Below, one piece after another: positions 30,581 through 39,839 of a DNA stretch of 64,000 nucleotides. The notes under the pieces are model-generated. The model searched no databases, was not told the origin of the DNA, and was given only the letters and a program-made list of their open reading frames with translations. The stretch is from contig CBDBBI010000010.1 in the NCBI GenBank assembly GCA_965202625.1, positions 2,112,001-2,176,000 on the forward strand, in the 5' to 3' direction. Every line of letters begins with the position of its first letter. Position 1 is the first letter of the stretch. The stretch comes from a bacterium (lineage in GTDB: Bacteria > UBA8248). The translations under genes were made by a program, and so were the position numbers.

Positions 30581-30725
30581 CCCTCACCGCTGCCGCCCCT
30601 GACGCAGACGTGCGTCTGTGAGGGGGTTTTGTGCTACTCCTGCCTTATAATTGCCGTCGGCGGATAAGTCGCATATCATGCACGCGAAATAGAATGGAGG
30701 CGGAAAGCGCGGGAGGAGAGGCGTC

Positions 30726-31199
30726 GTGACCGAACGGCTCTTGTCGGACGACGAACGCAAGGCGTATCGTTCGCTCCCGAAGCGCGTCACCAACCCCGGG
30801 GCGCGCTGGAGCGGCAAGCCCGGCCATCGGCAACGGCGTTACGAAGCTGTTTCCGAAGATGAAGCGCGCGCGCAATTTCTGATATATCTCCGGCAAAATC
30901 TCCACGACGAGATAGATTTCTCCTGCGGTCTCGCGCTGATTCAGAATAGCGGGCAACTTTTCAGTCTCGCGCGCTACAACGGCGCGAATCATCTCCATGG
31001 CGCCATCGCGCATCGTTGCCACATCCATCGCGCCACGGCGGAGGCACTCTCCGCCGGAAAAAAACTCGATAGCCATGCGGAGGAAACGGACAGATACCGG
31101 ACTTTGGATGGCGCGCTTGCCTGCCTGATCGAAGATTGCGCCGTTCAGGGTCTGGCCGCTAAACCCGATCATCCGGAGTTGTTTGATGACGTTGGATAA
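30726..31199 (+). CDS. His-rich hypothetical protein (DUF6978-like)
   Basis: LARYNGANHLH...HIH; GGAG RBS; overlaps the start of the next gene. Confidence 0.6.
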   Translation: MTERLLSDDERKAYRSLPKRVTNPGARWSGKPGHRQRRYEAVSEDEARAQFLIYLRQNLHDEIDFSCGLALIQNSGQLFSLARYNGANHLHGAIAHRCHIHRATAEALSAGKKLDSHAEETDRYRTLDGALACLIEDCAVQGLAAKPDHPELFDDVG

Positions 31200-31968
31200 A
31201 ACGGGACTGGAAAAAACCCTGTGCGAGAGGTTATGCAGAAGCGTCCGGATACATCAGCGGGCAGACGTGGTTCTCATGCTGGACACGCCGTTCACCTTTC
31301 CAGACGGCGATCACTATCCGATCTATCTCTCCGAGGGCCGCGCCGGCGGCGTGATCTTAAGCGATCGCGGACATACGCTCATGCACGCGAGCTACGAGCA
31401 CGACGTCGATGCTTTCTACGACGGTTCGCGCGCGGTGCTGCGCGAGCAGATTGTCCGTGAGGCGGGGATTGAGGAGAACGAGGGCGTTTTTACCATTGAG
31501 GCGGTACCGGATGGCGTTGCGGACGCTCTTTTCACCTTCGGCCAGGCGTTGACGAAGATCTACGACCTCACCTTTTTGAGCCGCGCGCGGGTCGCTTCTA
31601 CTTTTTACGAAGACCTGAAAGCCTTGCTTTTCAGGATGATAGACGCGCAAAAGATAGAGAGGGACTACATACCGGCGGACGTTCCGAACGGGGCGGACTA
31701 TCCTGTAGATTACCGAATCGCGGGCAAGCACGACGTTCCGATATTCCTCTACGGCGTTCCGGGCCGGGACAAGGCGCGGCTGACGACCATCATGCTGTCC
31801 CACTTTCTGCTGAACCGCCTCTCTTTCGAGTCCGTGATCGTGTTCGCCGATCAACAGCAGATCCCCCGGCTCGACCTCGCCCGGCTGACCAACGTCGCGG
31901 GGACGGCGGTCGCATCCCTGGACGCGGAGGACGACCTGCGCCGCAAAGTCCTTCAACGGGCCGCTTGA
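31183..31968 (+). CDS. DUF1828(/DUF1829)-like protein
   Basis: TPFTFPDGD..IY, LSDRGHT, and FYEDL...YPVDY in the C-terminal part. Confidence 0.78.
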   Translation: MMTLDKTGLEKTLCERLCRSVRIHQRADVVLMLDTPFTFPDGDHYPIYLSEGRAGGVILSDRGHTLMHASYEHDVDAFYDGSRAVLREQIVREAGIEENEGVFTIEAVPDGVADALFTFGQALTKIYDLTFLSRARVASTFYEDLKALLFRMIDAQKIERDYIPADVPNGADYPVDYRIAGKHDVPIFLYGVPGRDKARLTTIMLSHFLLNRLSFESVIVFADQQQIPRLDLARLTNVAGTAVASLDAEDDLRRKVLQRAA

Positions 31969-32005
31969 TCCTCCCGTTGACGCCGCTCCCCGCCCGTGAA
32001 AGCAT
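31918..32005 (+). repeat. direct repeat copy 1 (DUF1828 gene 3' end plus downstream sequence)
   Basis: Matches 33785-33872 without gaps, 9 mismatches in 88 bp by my count. Confidence 0.9.
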
Positions 32006-32054
32006 CAACAAGCAAAATAAGTGGAAGCATCGGCCAGAATATACCTGAGGAGCA

Positions 32055-33110
32055 GTGCGGATGTTCAAGAACCTGGCGATACGGAATTTTCGCGGGCTCA
32101 GCAATTTAGAGATTCCCCGCCTGGGCCGAATCAACCTCGTCACGGGCAAGAACAATTCCGGCAAGACGAGCCTGCTTGAAGCGCTTTTTCTGCTCTCCGG
32201 CGCAGGAGATCCTAGTTTGGCGTTGACGACCAACATAGTGCGCGGAATCGACATGGCGGGAGGTTTGGCGATACCCGAAATGTTCTGGAAGCCGCTGTTC
32301 GCCGATATGGACATGGCAAGGACAGTGGAAATCGAGGGTGATTCTACTTTGTATGGTCGATGGATATTGCACGTTATGCTCCATCGACCGGATACCATTC
32401 AGCTCCCTTTCGACAGCTCCGGTCGTATGGTGGAGAGAACGGTATGGTCGGGCGAGAGCAGGCTCAAGTTTTCGTTCCAAAAAGGGGCAGAACCTCTCGT
32501 GGAGAGGAACATGCGTTTCGCGGGTGGTGATCTCCAGGTTGATCAACCCGTTGCGCCCCCGCCGTTTCGGGCGCTGTTCCTTTCGTCGCGCACGGCGAGC
32601 CTTCAGGATGACGCCATGCGCCTCGGGCAGCTGCGGCAGCGGAAGAAAGGGGAGCGCGTGACGGATGCCTTGCGGCGCGTCGAGCCGAGACTGCGGAGCA
32701 TCGAGGTGAATTCCGCCTCCGGCGTGCCCATGATTTGGGGCGATATCGGCTTGTCCGAGCTCATACCATTGCCGATGATGGGCGAGGGCATGACGCGCAT
32801 CGCCCGAATGATTCTGGCGATCTCCGACTCGCCTGGCGGCGTCGTTCTGGTGGATGAGGTCGAAAACGGCATCCACCATTCCGTGTTGGGCAAGGTTTGG
32901 GGGGCTATCGGAGAGGCGGCCAGGCAATGTGATACGCAGATCGTCGCGGCGACGCACAGCTTCGAGTGCATGGAGGCGGCGCATAGATCACTCGACGAAC
33001 AGGATTTGCTCGTTCACCGCCTCGAAGTAATCGACGAAACCATACGCTGCGTTACTCTTAACGCGGAAGAAATCAGGACGACGGTCGAGCACAATTTTGA
33101 GATACGCTGA
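32055..33110 (+). CDS. ABC-type ATPase (AAA_15/AAA_21-like)
   Basis: IRNFRG, GKNNSGKT, MGEG, LVDEVENGIH, ATHS. Confidence 0.9.
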   Translation: MRMFKNLAIRNFRGLSNLEIPRLGRINLVTGKNNSGKTSLLEALFLLSGAGDPSLALTTNIVRGIDMAGGLAIPEMFWKPLFADMDMARTVEIEGDSTLYGRWILHVMLHRPDTIQLPFDSSGRMVERTVWSGESRLKFSFQKGAEPLVERNMRFAGGDLQVDQPVAPPPFRALFLSSRTASLQDDAMRLGQLRQRKKGERVTDALRRVEPRLRSIEVNSASGVPMIWGDIGLSELIPLPMMGEGMTRIARMILAISDSPGGVVLVDEVENGIHHSVLGKVWGAIGEAARQCDTQIVAATHSFECMEAAHRSLDEQDLLVHRLEVIDETIRCVTLNAEEIRTTVEHNFEIR

Positions 33111-33112
33111 AC

Positions 33113-33703
33113 GTGGCCTCTCCAGAACAGATTAAAACGCCCAGGCAGCTCCTTGTCGAGGGGAAGGATCAGCGCAACTTCTTTGAGGCGTTCGTCAAGC
33201 ACCTCTCGCTTTGCGACATACAGATACAGGATTACGGAGGCGGGGATGATTTGCGACGTTTTCTGGGGGGATTCGTCAAGAGGTCAGGCTTTCACTCGGT
33301 AGAGAGCCTCGGCATCGTGCGCGACGCCGAGAATTCCGCTCAGAACACCTTCCGGAGCGTTCAGGGAGCACTTAGACACGCGAACCTTCCCGTCCCGAAA
33401 AAAGCGGGACAGCGACAAGGCGGGAAGCCCGACGTGAGCGTGTTCATACTGCCGGACAACGCCTCTGAGGGGATGCTCGAGACGCTCCTTTGCCGCGCGT
33501 TCGCAAACTCTCCAGAGAACGTCTGCATAGATCATTTTTTCAAGTGCGTGAAAGTCGTACCGAACGTAAAGGCGCGTGCTTTCGCCTATCTGACGACGAG
33601 GCGCGATGCGCACCATTCTGTCGGCGTGGCGGCACAACAGGGCGTCTGGAATCTGGATGACGCCGCTTTCCAGGGGCTGCGCGATTTTTTGAAGAATCTG
33701 TAG
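33113..33703 (+). CDS. TOPRIM-like protein (DUF3226-like)
   Basis: LLVEGKD, GIVRDAE, FILPDN.SEGMLETL. Confidence 0.78.
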   Translation: MASPEQIKTPRQLLVEGKDQRNFFEAFVKHLSLCDIQIQDYGGGDDLRRFLGGFVKRSGFHSVESLGIVRDAENSAQNTFRSVQGALRHANLPVPKKAGQRQGGKPDVSVFILPDNASEGMLETLLCRAFANSPENVCIDHFFKCVKVVPNVKARAFAYLTTRRDAHHSVGVAAQQGVWNLDDAAFQGLRDFLKNL

Positions 33704-33784
33704 CGGACGGGAAAGGCGGGCGAACATATCAACGACCGGAAGGATGAAAGCATGAGAACCATGCGGCCCGTCGGGCGTCGCGCA

Positions 33785-33872
33785 CTGGCCGCGGAGGACG
33801 GCCTTCGCCGCAAAGCCCTTGCACGGCCTGCTTGATCCGCCCGTTGACGCCGCTCCCCGCCCGTGAAAGCAT
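33785..33872 (+). repeat. direct repeat copy 2
   Basis: Degenerate copy of 31918-32005; the last 33 bp are identical. Confidence 0.9.
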
Positions 33873-33910
33873 GGCCGGACATCTCGTTTTGCGGACGGGA
33901 GAATGATCGG

Positions 33911-34297
33911 ATGAAAAATGATTTCAACCTGGGCGAGTTCTCCCATGCCTTGCGCGATCTGGACGAGGTGCGGGCGGAAGCGGAGGAAGAGGGTTTTCTG
34001 GTTCCGACGGATGCGGCGTTCCTGAACGCGCGGCGTCTGCTCACGGAAATGTATGACTTGTCCCCCCGCCGTTTCGAGGTGTATCCCATGCCGGATGGGG
34101 AGATCGCGGTTGACGCGACGAATGGCCGAGGGAGTTCCGTCCTGCTGTTGTGCAGCTCAGACGGCGCTGCCCTGTGCTCGGTTAACATGGCGGGTGCGCA
34201 TCGACGCGCCAGATATGCCACTGCCGAGACGCTTCCCGACGATTTTGTGCGCGAAGCAATGGGCGAACTTGAACGGCAGGGTGATGGGGTGGAGTGA
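33911..34297 (+). CDS. hypothetical acidic protein
   Basis: Open frame containing VYPMPDGEIAVD; no recognised family. Confidence 0.6.
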   Translation: MKNDFNLGEFSHALRDLDEVRAEAEEEGFLVPTDAAFLNARRLLTEMYDLSPRRFEVYPMPDGEIAVDATNGRGSSVLLLCSSDGAALCSVNMAGAHRRARYATAETLPDDFVREAMGELERQGDGVE

Positions 34298-34397
34298 AAG
34301 CACCGAGAAAATCAGCGGTGATGAGGAACTTGGACGGGGAGTATTTTCCAGCGGGCAAGCGGAGCGGACGCTTCGGCTGGCGGGAAAGGAGATAAAA

Positions 34398-34997
34398 ATG
34401 ACCTGGTTCCTCAAAAGTATCGCGCATCTGGCGGCGGTTTTTCTGCTCTGTGCGTATCTCCCCTCCGGAGGCGGGGCGGCGGAGGGTGCGGAGGAGAACG
34501 TCGTCTTTCTCAAGGCGTTCTATCCCCTGGACGAGCCGAGGTTTCACTGCGTGGACGTACCGGGACACCGCTCCGGTGTGAACACCGCCGCCGCCCTCGT
34601 GGTCCACACCTGCAAGGAGGGGATGTGGAACCTCGATGAGCGTTTTGATTTGTCCGCCGTCTCGAAGGGTGCGTTGCGAATGCCCGCATACGGGCTGTGC
34701 GTCGTCGCCGATTCCGCCGCCGAGGGGGCGAAGGTGCGTCTGCGCGCGTGTGACGGCCGCCCGCTCGGCGTCTGGCGTTTTGAGAATTACCGCTTAAGTC
34801 TTGAGCACCATCCAGAGAAATGCCTCACCATCGGCGCGGAACCCTCACGTCTCACGCCGGGCGGGCACAGGTTTCCGAGCCGCCACGTGGCCCGCTCCCT
34901 CGGGCTTGCGACGTGTGCGGAAGAAGCCCTGGAGAGACAACTCTGGCGTCTGGAGCGGCCCATGCGGCGCACCGGCTCCATCATGCCCTTCAAGTAG
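34398..34997 (+). CDS. secreted ricin-B/beta-trefoil lectin-like protein
   Basis: AAGGAG RBS, signal peptide, repeated C-V/L-D/T...C...(Q)xW units. Confidence 0.7.
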   Translation: MTWFLKSIAHLAAVFLLCAYLPSGGGAAEGAEENVVFLKAFYPLDEPRFHCVDVPGHRSGVNTAAALVVHTCKEGMWNLDERFDLSAVSKGALRMPAYGLCVVADSAAEGAKVRLRACDGRPLGVWRFENYRLSLEHHPEKCLTIGAEPSRLTPGGHRFPSRHVARSLGLATCAEEALERQLWRLERPMRRTGSIMPFK

Positions 34998-35018
34998 AAG
35001 CGTAGAAGCGTAGAAGCG
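34995..35018. repeat. 8-bp tandem repeat x3 starting at the stop codon
   Basis: TAGAAGCG x3. Confidence 0.9.
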
Positions 35019-35062
35019 GAGGCGCGGTCTGCGTGTGCGCGCGGGTGTCGCGTCCCTGATGA

Positions 35063-35905
35063 TCAGGGAGCGACCGTCCTTCTCTTGCGCGCGTGAACGA
35101 GCGTGGCCTCCATGGGCAGGCGGATGACGCCCTCCTCGCACGCAAACTCCATCACGCTTTCGCGGATCGCCTCCTTGATGCGCTCTCTCGCCCTGGGCGG
35201 CTGTGCGCGCAGCCGTGCCGCCGTGCGCACGGTGGATTTCTCGATGATCTCGACGATGCGCGCGGGCGCCTCGGCCCGCATATAGAGGGTGAGGTCGAGA
35301 AACTGCGGCTTTGTGAACCCCGCCGCCTCAAACGCGCGCGCGCATGCGTCCTTCTCCGCATAAAACGGAGCGGGCGGGCCGGCGAGGAGGGGCGTTTGGG
35401 CCTCCCCGTGGGTCTGAACCGCTTTTTCCATCAGCCGCCTGTGGCCCGCGTCATGCGTCCACGCGGTGAGGGCGAGCCTTCCGCCCGGTTTGAGGGTGCG
35501 GGCGGTTTCGGCCAGCGCGTCTTCCGGACGGGAGAAGTGGATGAACCCGAAGTTGCTCACAACGGCGTCAAAGGCGGCGTCGGGGAAGGGCGTCTCCTCC
35601 GCGTCGCAGCACCGGAACTCCGCCCCCGGCCAGCGGCGCGCGGCCTCGGCGATCATGTCTCCGGCGAAATCCGCGCCCACCACCGTGCAGCCGCGCATGA
35701 GCGCCCCCGCAGCGACGACGCCCGTCCCGCACGCCAAATCAAGCAGGCGCGTTCCGAAGCGCGCACCGGCGGCGTCGAGCAGGGCGGCGGCGGCCTGCGT
35801 GGTGGCGGTGCCGAACAAATCGTTGTAATCCGTCGCCACGCCGTTCCATCCCGCGCGCTCGAACTCCCTGAACGCATCAGGGTCGTATGCGGACGTCCCG
35901 CTCAT
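35063..35905 (-). CDS. class I SAM-dependent methyltransferase
   Basis: LDLACGTG, PFPDAAFDAV, LKPGG. Confidence 0.9.
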   Translation of the reverse strand: MSGTSAYDPDAFREFERAGWNGVATDYNDLFGTATTQAAAALLDAAGARFGTRLLDLACGTGVVAAGALMRGCTVVGADFAGDMIAEAARRWPGAEFRCCDAEETPFPDAAFDAVVSNFGFIHFSRPEDALAETARTLKPGGRLALTAWTHDAGHRRLMEKAVQTHGEAQTPLLAGPPAPFYAEKDACARAFEAAGFTKPQFLDLTLYMRAEAPARIVEIIEKSTVRTAARLRAQPPRARERIKEAIRESVMEFACEEGVIRLPMEATLVHARKRRTVAP

Positions 35906-35930
35906 GTCGCCGCCTCAAGGTTCTGTTTCT

Positions 35931-37355
35931 TCATCGCGTCTCCCCCCTCGTCTGGGGGCGTCCGTCCGCGCGGACGCCGCGCGCCACCAGGTCCACCCCG
36001 TTCGAGCCGATGATCTCGCAGGTGATGACGTCTCCGGACGCGGCGTCTGTTTCGTGAAAAAAGACCTCGCCGTCCACCTCGGGGGCCTGCAGCCGCGTCC
36101 GCCCGCGCAGGAGTCCCTCGGGCGTCAGCCCCTCCACGAGTGCCTGCGTTCTCGCACCCGTCAGCGCCGCGTTGTCCTCGGCCATGATGCGCTCCTGAAG
36201 CGCGAGCAGCCGGGCCATGCGCTCTTTGGCGACCTCGCGCGGTACCTGCTCCGGCAGGCGTGCCGCTATCGAGCGATCCTCGGGCGAGAAGACGAAGCCG
36301 CCCAGCCGCGCGAAGCGGGTCTCCTCCACGAAGTCGAGAAGAAGCGCGAAATCCTCCTCCGTCTCTCCGGGAAAGCCGACGAGCATGGTGGTTCTGAGCG
36401 CACAGCCGGGCGCCCTCTCCCTGATGCGCGAGATGAGGGTGCGCGTGCCCCGCTCGTCGATTCCGCGCCGCATGGCGGCGAGCACGGGAGTGGAGACGTG
36501 CTGAAGCGGCATGTCGATATACTCGCACACCTTCGGCAGGTCCCGGTAGGCGTCGATCAGCGCGTCCGTCATTCCGCGCGGGTAGTTGTAGAGCGCGCGA
36601 ATCCACTCCAGACCCTCCACGCCGTTGAGCGCCTCGAGCAGCCGCGCGAGCGAGGCGCCGGATCGTAAATCTCTCCCGTAGCTCGTGATTTCCTGTGCCA
36701 GAAGGTTGACCTCGCGCACGCCGGCCTCGGCCAGTGCCCGCGCCTCCTCCACCAGCAGGTCGAGCGGGCGGGAGCGAAACCTGCCGCGAAACCTCGGTAT
36801 CACGCAGAAGGTGCACGGACGCGAGCAGCCCTCGGCGACTTTCAGGTAGGCGCTCGGGCCGGGCTCTGCGAGAATGCGCGGCAGCCTTCTGCCGTAATCC
36901 ATCAGGGTGTCCGAGAACGCCTCGCGCGCACCGCCGAGCAGGAGGGCGGGCAGGCGGTCGTATTCGCGGGTTCCGATGAACAGGTCCACCTCGGGCAGCC
37001 CCTGGGCGAGTTCTCCCCGGTAGCGCTCGGCGAGGCAGCCCGCCACCACCAACGTTTCCAGCGCGCCCGTCTGCTTGAGTTGCCCCAGTTCCAGAATCAC
37101 GTCTATCGACTCGCGCTTCGCATCCTCGATGAAGCCGCAGGTGTTGACGATGGCGACCTGGGCCTCCTCCGCCTCGCCCACGAGCTGGTAGCCCGCCTCC
37201 GCCAGGGCGGCGAGCATGATTTCCGAATCCACCGTGTTCTTGGCACAGCCCAGTGAGACGAGTGCGGCCCTCGGTGCCTCCGCCGGCGCGGGTGCGCCCC
37301 GCCGCACGAGGGGCATCTCGGAGATGGGCCGTATCTGGAGGAGCCCGCCGCTCAT
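35931..37355 (-). CDS. rimO: ribosomal protein uS12 methylthiotransferase
   Basis: VSLGCAKNTVDSE, VNTCGFIEDAK.ES, LKVAEGCSRPCTFCVIP, APEVDG. Confidence 0.95.
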   Translation of the reverse strand: MSGGLLQIRPISEMPLVRRGAPAPAEAPRAALVSLGCAKNTVDSEIMLAALAEAGYQLVGEAEEAQVAIVNTCGFIEDAKRESIDVILELGQLKQTGALETLVVAGCLAERYRGELAQGLPEVDLFIGTREYDRLPALLLGGAREAFSDTLMDYGRRLPRILAEPGPSAYLKVAEGCSRPCTFCVIPRFRGRFRSRPLDLLVEEARALAEAGVREVNLLAQEITSYGRDLRSGASLARLLEALNGVEGLEWIRALYNYPRGMTDALIDAYRDLPKVCEYIDMPLQHVSTPVLAAMRRGIDERGTRTLISRIRERAPGCALRTTMLVGFPGETEEDFALLLDFVEETRFARLGGFVFSPEDRSIAARLPEQVPREVAKERMARLLALQERIMAEDNAALTGARTQALVEGLTPEGLLRGRTRLQAPEVDGEVFFHETDAASGDVITCEIIGSNGVDLVARGVRADGRPQTRGETR

Positions 37356-38677
37356 CGCACCGCCCCCGCCCGGAGGGTGCTCGGGTCGCAATGCCATTCC
37401 TCCCGGGGGCGGTTGAAATAGCGAATCGCCGCCCCGGGCAGCTCCTTTCGATATACCTCCAGCATCCGCGCCATGCCCATCGCCTCTCCGGCGCTTTCGA
37501 CCTCGGGCAGCGTCTCCAGGTAGAGGGCGGGGTCGATGCACAGGTTTTTCATCTGTATCACGTGAAGCCCCGTTCTCTCGGCGAACCGCAGCATGGCTTC
37601 CACCTCGCCTTCAAGGTCCGTGACGCCGGGGAATACCAGATAGTTGATCTGCGTGTAAAGCCCCGCGTCGGCGGCGGCCTTCACGCAGTCCTCCACCTGG
37701 TCGAAGTCATACGTCTCGGGACGATAGTAGGCGCGATACCATGCGGGCGTCGCGCTGTTCATGCTGATGCGGACGCTCTCCAGACCCGCCGCGGCGAGCC
37801 TCTCCATCCATTCGGGCCGGCTGCCGTTCGTGTTGAGGTGGAGGGTACCGCGCGAGGTGTGCTCGCGTATGCGTCGGCAGGCCCGCTCGATGATCCCCGC
37901 CTGGAGCAGAGGCTCCCCCTCGCATCCCTGCCCGAAGCTGGCGACCGCCGCCTCCGCCCCCGCAAGATGGGGGACGGCGATCGCGCTCAGCTCCTCCGGC
38001 GTCGGCGCGAAGCCGATGCGTTGGTGGCTCGCCGGAAACAGGTCGTCGCTCTGAAGGGAGATGCACCCCCGGCAGTCCGCGTTGCACAGCGGAGCGATGG
38101 GCAGGCCCATCTCCCATCGGCGGGCGAAGAAGTTTTTGGCGGCAAAGCAATGAAACGCGCCTGCACAGCGCGCAAGGTGGGGGAGCAGTCGATTTTTTGG
38201 GTTCGCCTCGCGCATCTCGGCGATGCGCTCGGGCAGGTGCGCGTCGTCGTATTCGGCGGGTGCCCAGCGCGGGCAGTCGTCCACCTGCACGGCGGCGCAT
38301 ACGAATTCGCCCCTCTCCGCATCAAAGCCCAGCGCCGCGTAGGCCCACAGGGGGAGGACGGCGGCTCCTTCCTCTCTCTCCGCATAGGGAAGGAGGGTGC
38401 GCATCCACCCCGGTGCGGGAAACGCGCAGGCGGCCTGAAGCGGCGCGGCTCCCTCGTCCCAGTCCGCCTCGGCCACGCTGAGGAGCGCACCCGTTTCGGA
38501 GTCGCCGCCCATGGGCGTGCTGTCGGGAATCGTGAAGAGTCTGCTTCCCTCGGGAAGTGCCGAGAGCTCCTCCGGCTGCGGTGCCACGGGCGACGCCCCG
38601 CTCGCGCCCACCATCTCCAGCGTCGGATGCTCGAACAGGTTGCCGTCCTGGTCGGCGACCACCATCAGCGCGGACAT
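37352..38677 (-). CDS. uncharacterised radical SAM protein
   Basis: CNADCRGC and SFGQGCEGEPL; stop overlaps the rimO start. Confidence 0.88.
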   Translation of the reverse strand: MSALMVVADQDGNLFEHPTLEMVGASGASPVAPQPEELSALPEGSRLFTIPDSTPMGGDSETGALLSVAEADWDEGAAPLQAACAFPAPGWMRTLLPYAEREEGAAVLPLWAYAALGFDAERGEFVCAAVQVDDCPRWAPAEYDDAHLPERIAEMREANPKNRLLPHLARCAGAFHCFAAKNFFARRWEMGLPIAPLCNADCRGCISLQSDDLFPASHQRIGFAPTPEELSAIAVPHLAGAEAAVASFGQGCEGEPLLQAGIIERACRRIREHTSRGTLHLNTNGSRPEWMERLAAAGLESVRISMNSATPAWYRAYYRPETYDFDQVEDCVKAAADAGLYTQINYLVFPGVTDLEGEVEAMLRFAERTGLHVIQMKNLCIDPALYLETLPEVESAGEAMGMARMLEVYRKELPGAAIRYFNRPREEWHCDPSTLRAGAVR

Positions 38678-38978
38678 GGGGGGGATGCTCCTCGCGTCGG
38701 TCGCCGGGGCGACGGAAAAAACGCGCTTGCGTGTGGAGGAACGCCGGCGTCGCTCACGGCTTCTCGTCTCCTGATGCGTGTGTGGCTCTCCAAAGCCTGC
38801 CGCCCTGGTGCGGGCGTCCGCATACCCTAGCAGAACTCGGCCTCCTCTCGCCAGTTTCCCGCCCTGGACAAGCGACTTGCGGTTGGGGATACTTTCCCCC
38901 TCCCCTTCATCCGCTTGCCGTGGGGAGACCGGCGTTTCGGAATCCAGACCGCGCGCAAGCGAAAACGGAGGAACCCCC

Positions 38979-39809
38979 ATGCGCCCAGATGAATATCTCT
39001 CCCGAGTCGCCCTTGTGAAATCCGAGACCGGGCGTCTGTCCGCAGAGTGGCGCGGCTTCTCGGACGCCCGCTGGGAGGTGGATACCTTTTGCCCCGGCTG
39101 GCGGGCACGACACGCCGTCTCCCACCTGGCGACGGGGGGCGATTTTTATGCGAACTCGGTTCGCAGGGCACTGGACGGTCTGCCGCCCGCACCGCCCTAC
39201 GGGAACGACACGAAAGGGTTTTTTGCCATCCGCAAGGACAAGGGCGAGGCGCTTATGGCACTCCCCCGGGAGGAGATGCTGAATGCGTTCGACGCCTCGG
39301 CCCTTGCCGTGAACGACGCGCTTGAGGCGGTGGGCACGGACGACCTCGGCAAGCGCGGCTATCACCCCCGCGGTCTGACGAGGCTCGACGCCTGGATAGG
39401 GATGCGGCTCGCCGAGATGGTGATTCACGACTGGGATATTCGCTACGGGGAGGACCCTGACGCCCGCGTCGCCCCCCAGGGGGTGGAGGGGATGATGAGT
39501 TTCATTCCGGAGAACCAGAGCCGGTTTTTCGGTCTGCGCGAGAAGCCCCCCTTCAAGGGCCGGTTCGCTTTTCGCTCGACGGAACCCGATCGGGCGTGGA
39601 CGCTCACCGTCGACGGTACGGGGGCGGAGGAGTCCGCGGACGCCTCCGGAACACACGACGCCCGCATCGCCGCAGATGGCGAGGCCCACGTCCTCCTCAT
39701 GTTCGGGCGCGCGAAGCGCGAGGCCATGATGGCGGCGGGACGCCTGGAAGTCGAGGGAAACCCGGACCTGGCAGATCGGCTCCTGCGCGTTTTGTACACG
39801 ACCTATTAG
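38979..39809 (+). CDS. maleylpyruvate isomerase (MDMPI)/DinB-like protein with SCP2-like C-terminus
   Basis: CPGW.ARHAVSHL, EMVIHDWDIR, GRLEVEGN. Confidence 0.82.
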   Translation: MRPDEYLSRVALVKSETGRLSAEWRGFSDARWEVDTFCPGWRARHAVSHLATGGDFYANSVRRALDGLPPAPPYGNDTKGFFAIRKDKGEALMALPREEMLNAFDASALAVNDALEAVGTDDLGKRGYHPRGLTRLDAWIGMRLAEMVIHDWDIRYGEDPDARVAPQGVEGMMSFIPENQSRFFGLREKPPFKGRFAFRSTEPDRAWTLTVDGTGAEESADASGTHDARIAADGEAHVLLMFGRAKREAMMAAGRLEVEGNPDLADRLLRVLYTTY

Positions 39810-39839
39810 GAGGTCGCCAAACCTCCATTTTCCCTTGAG

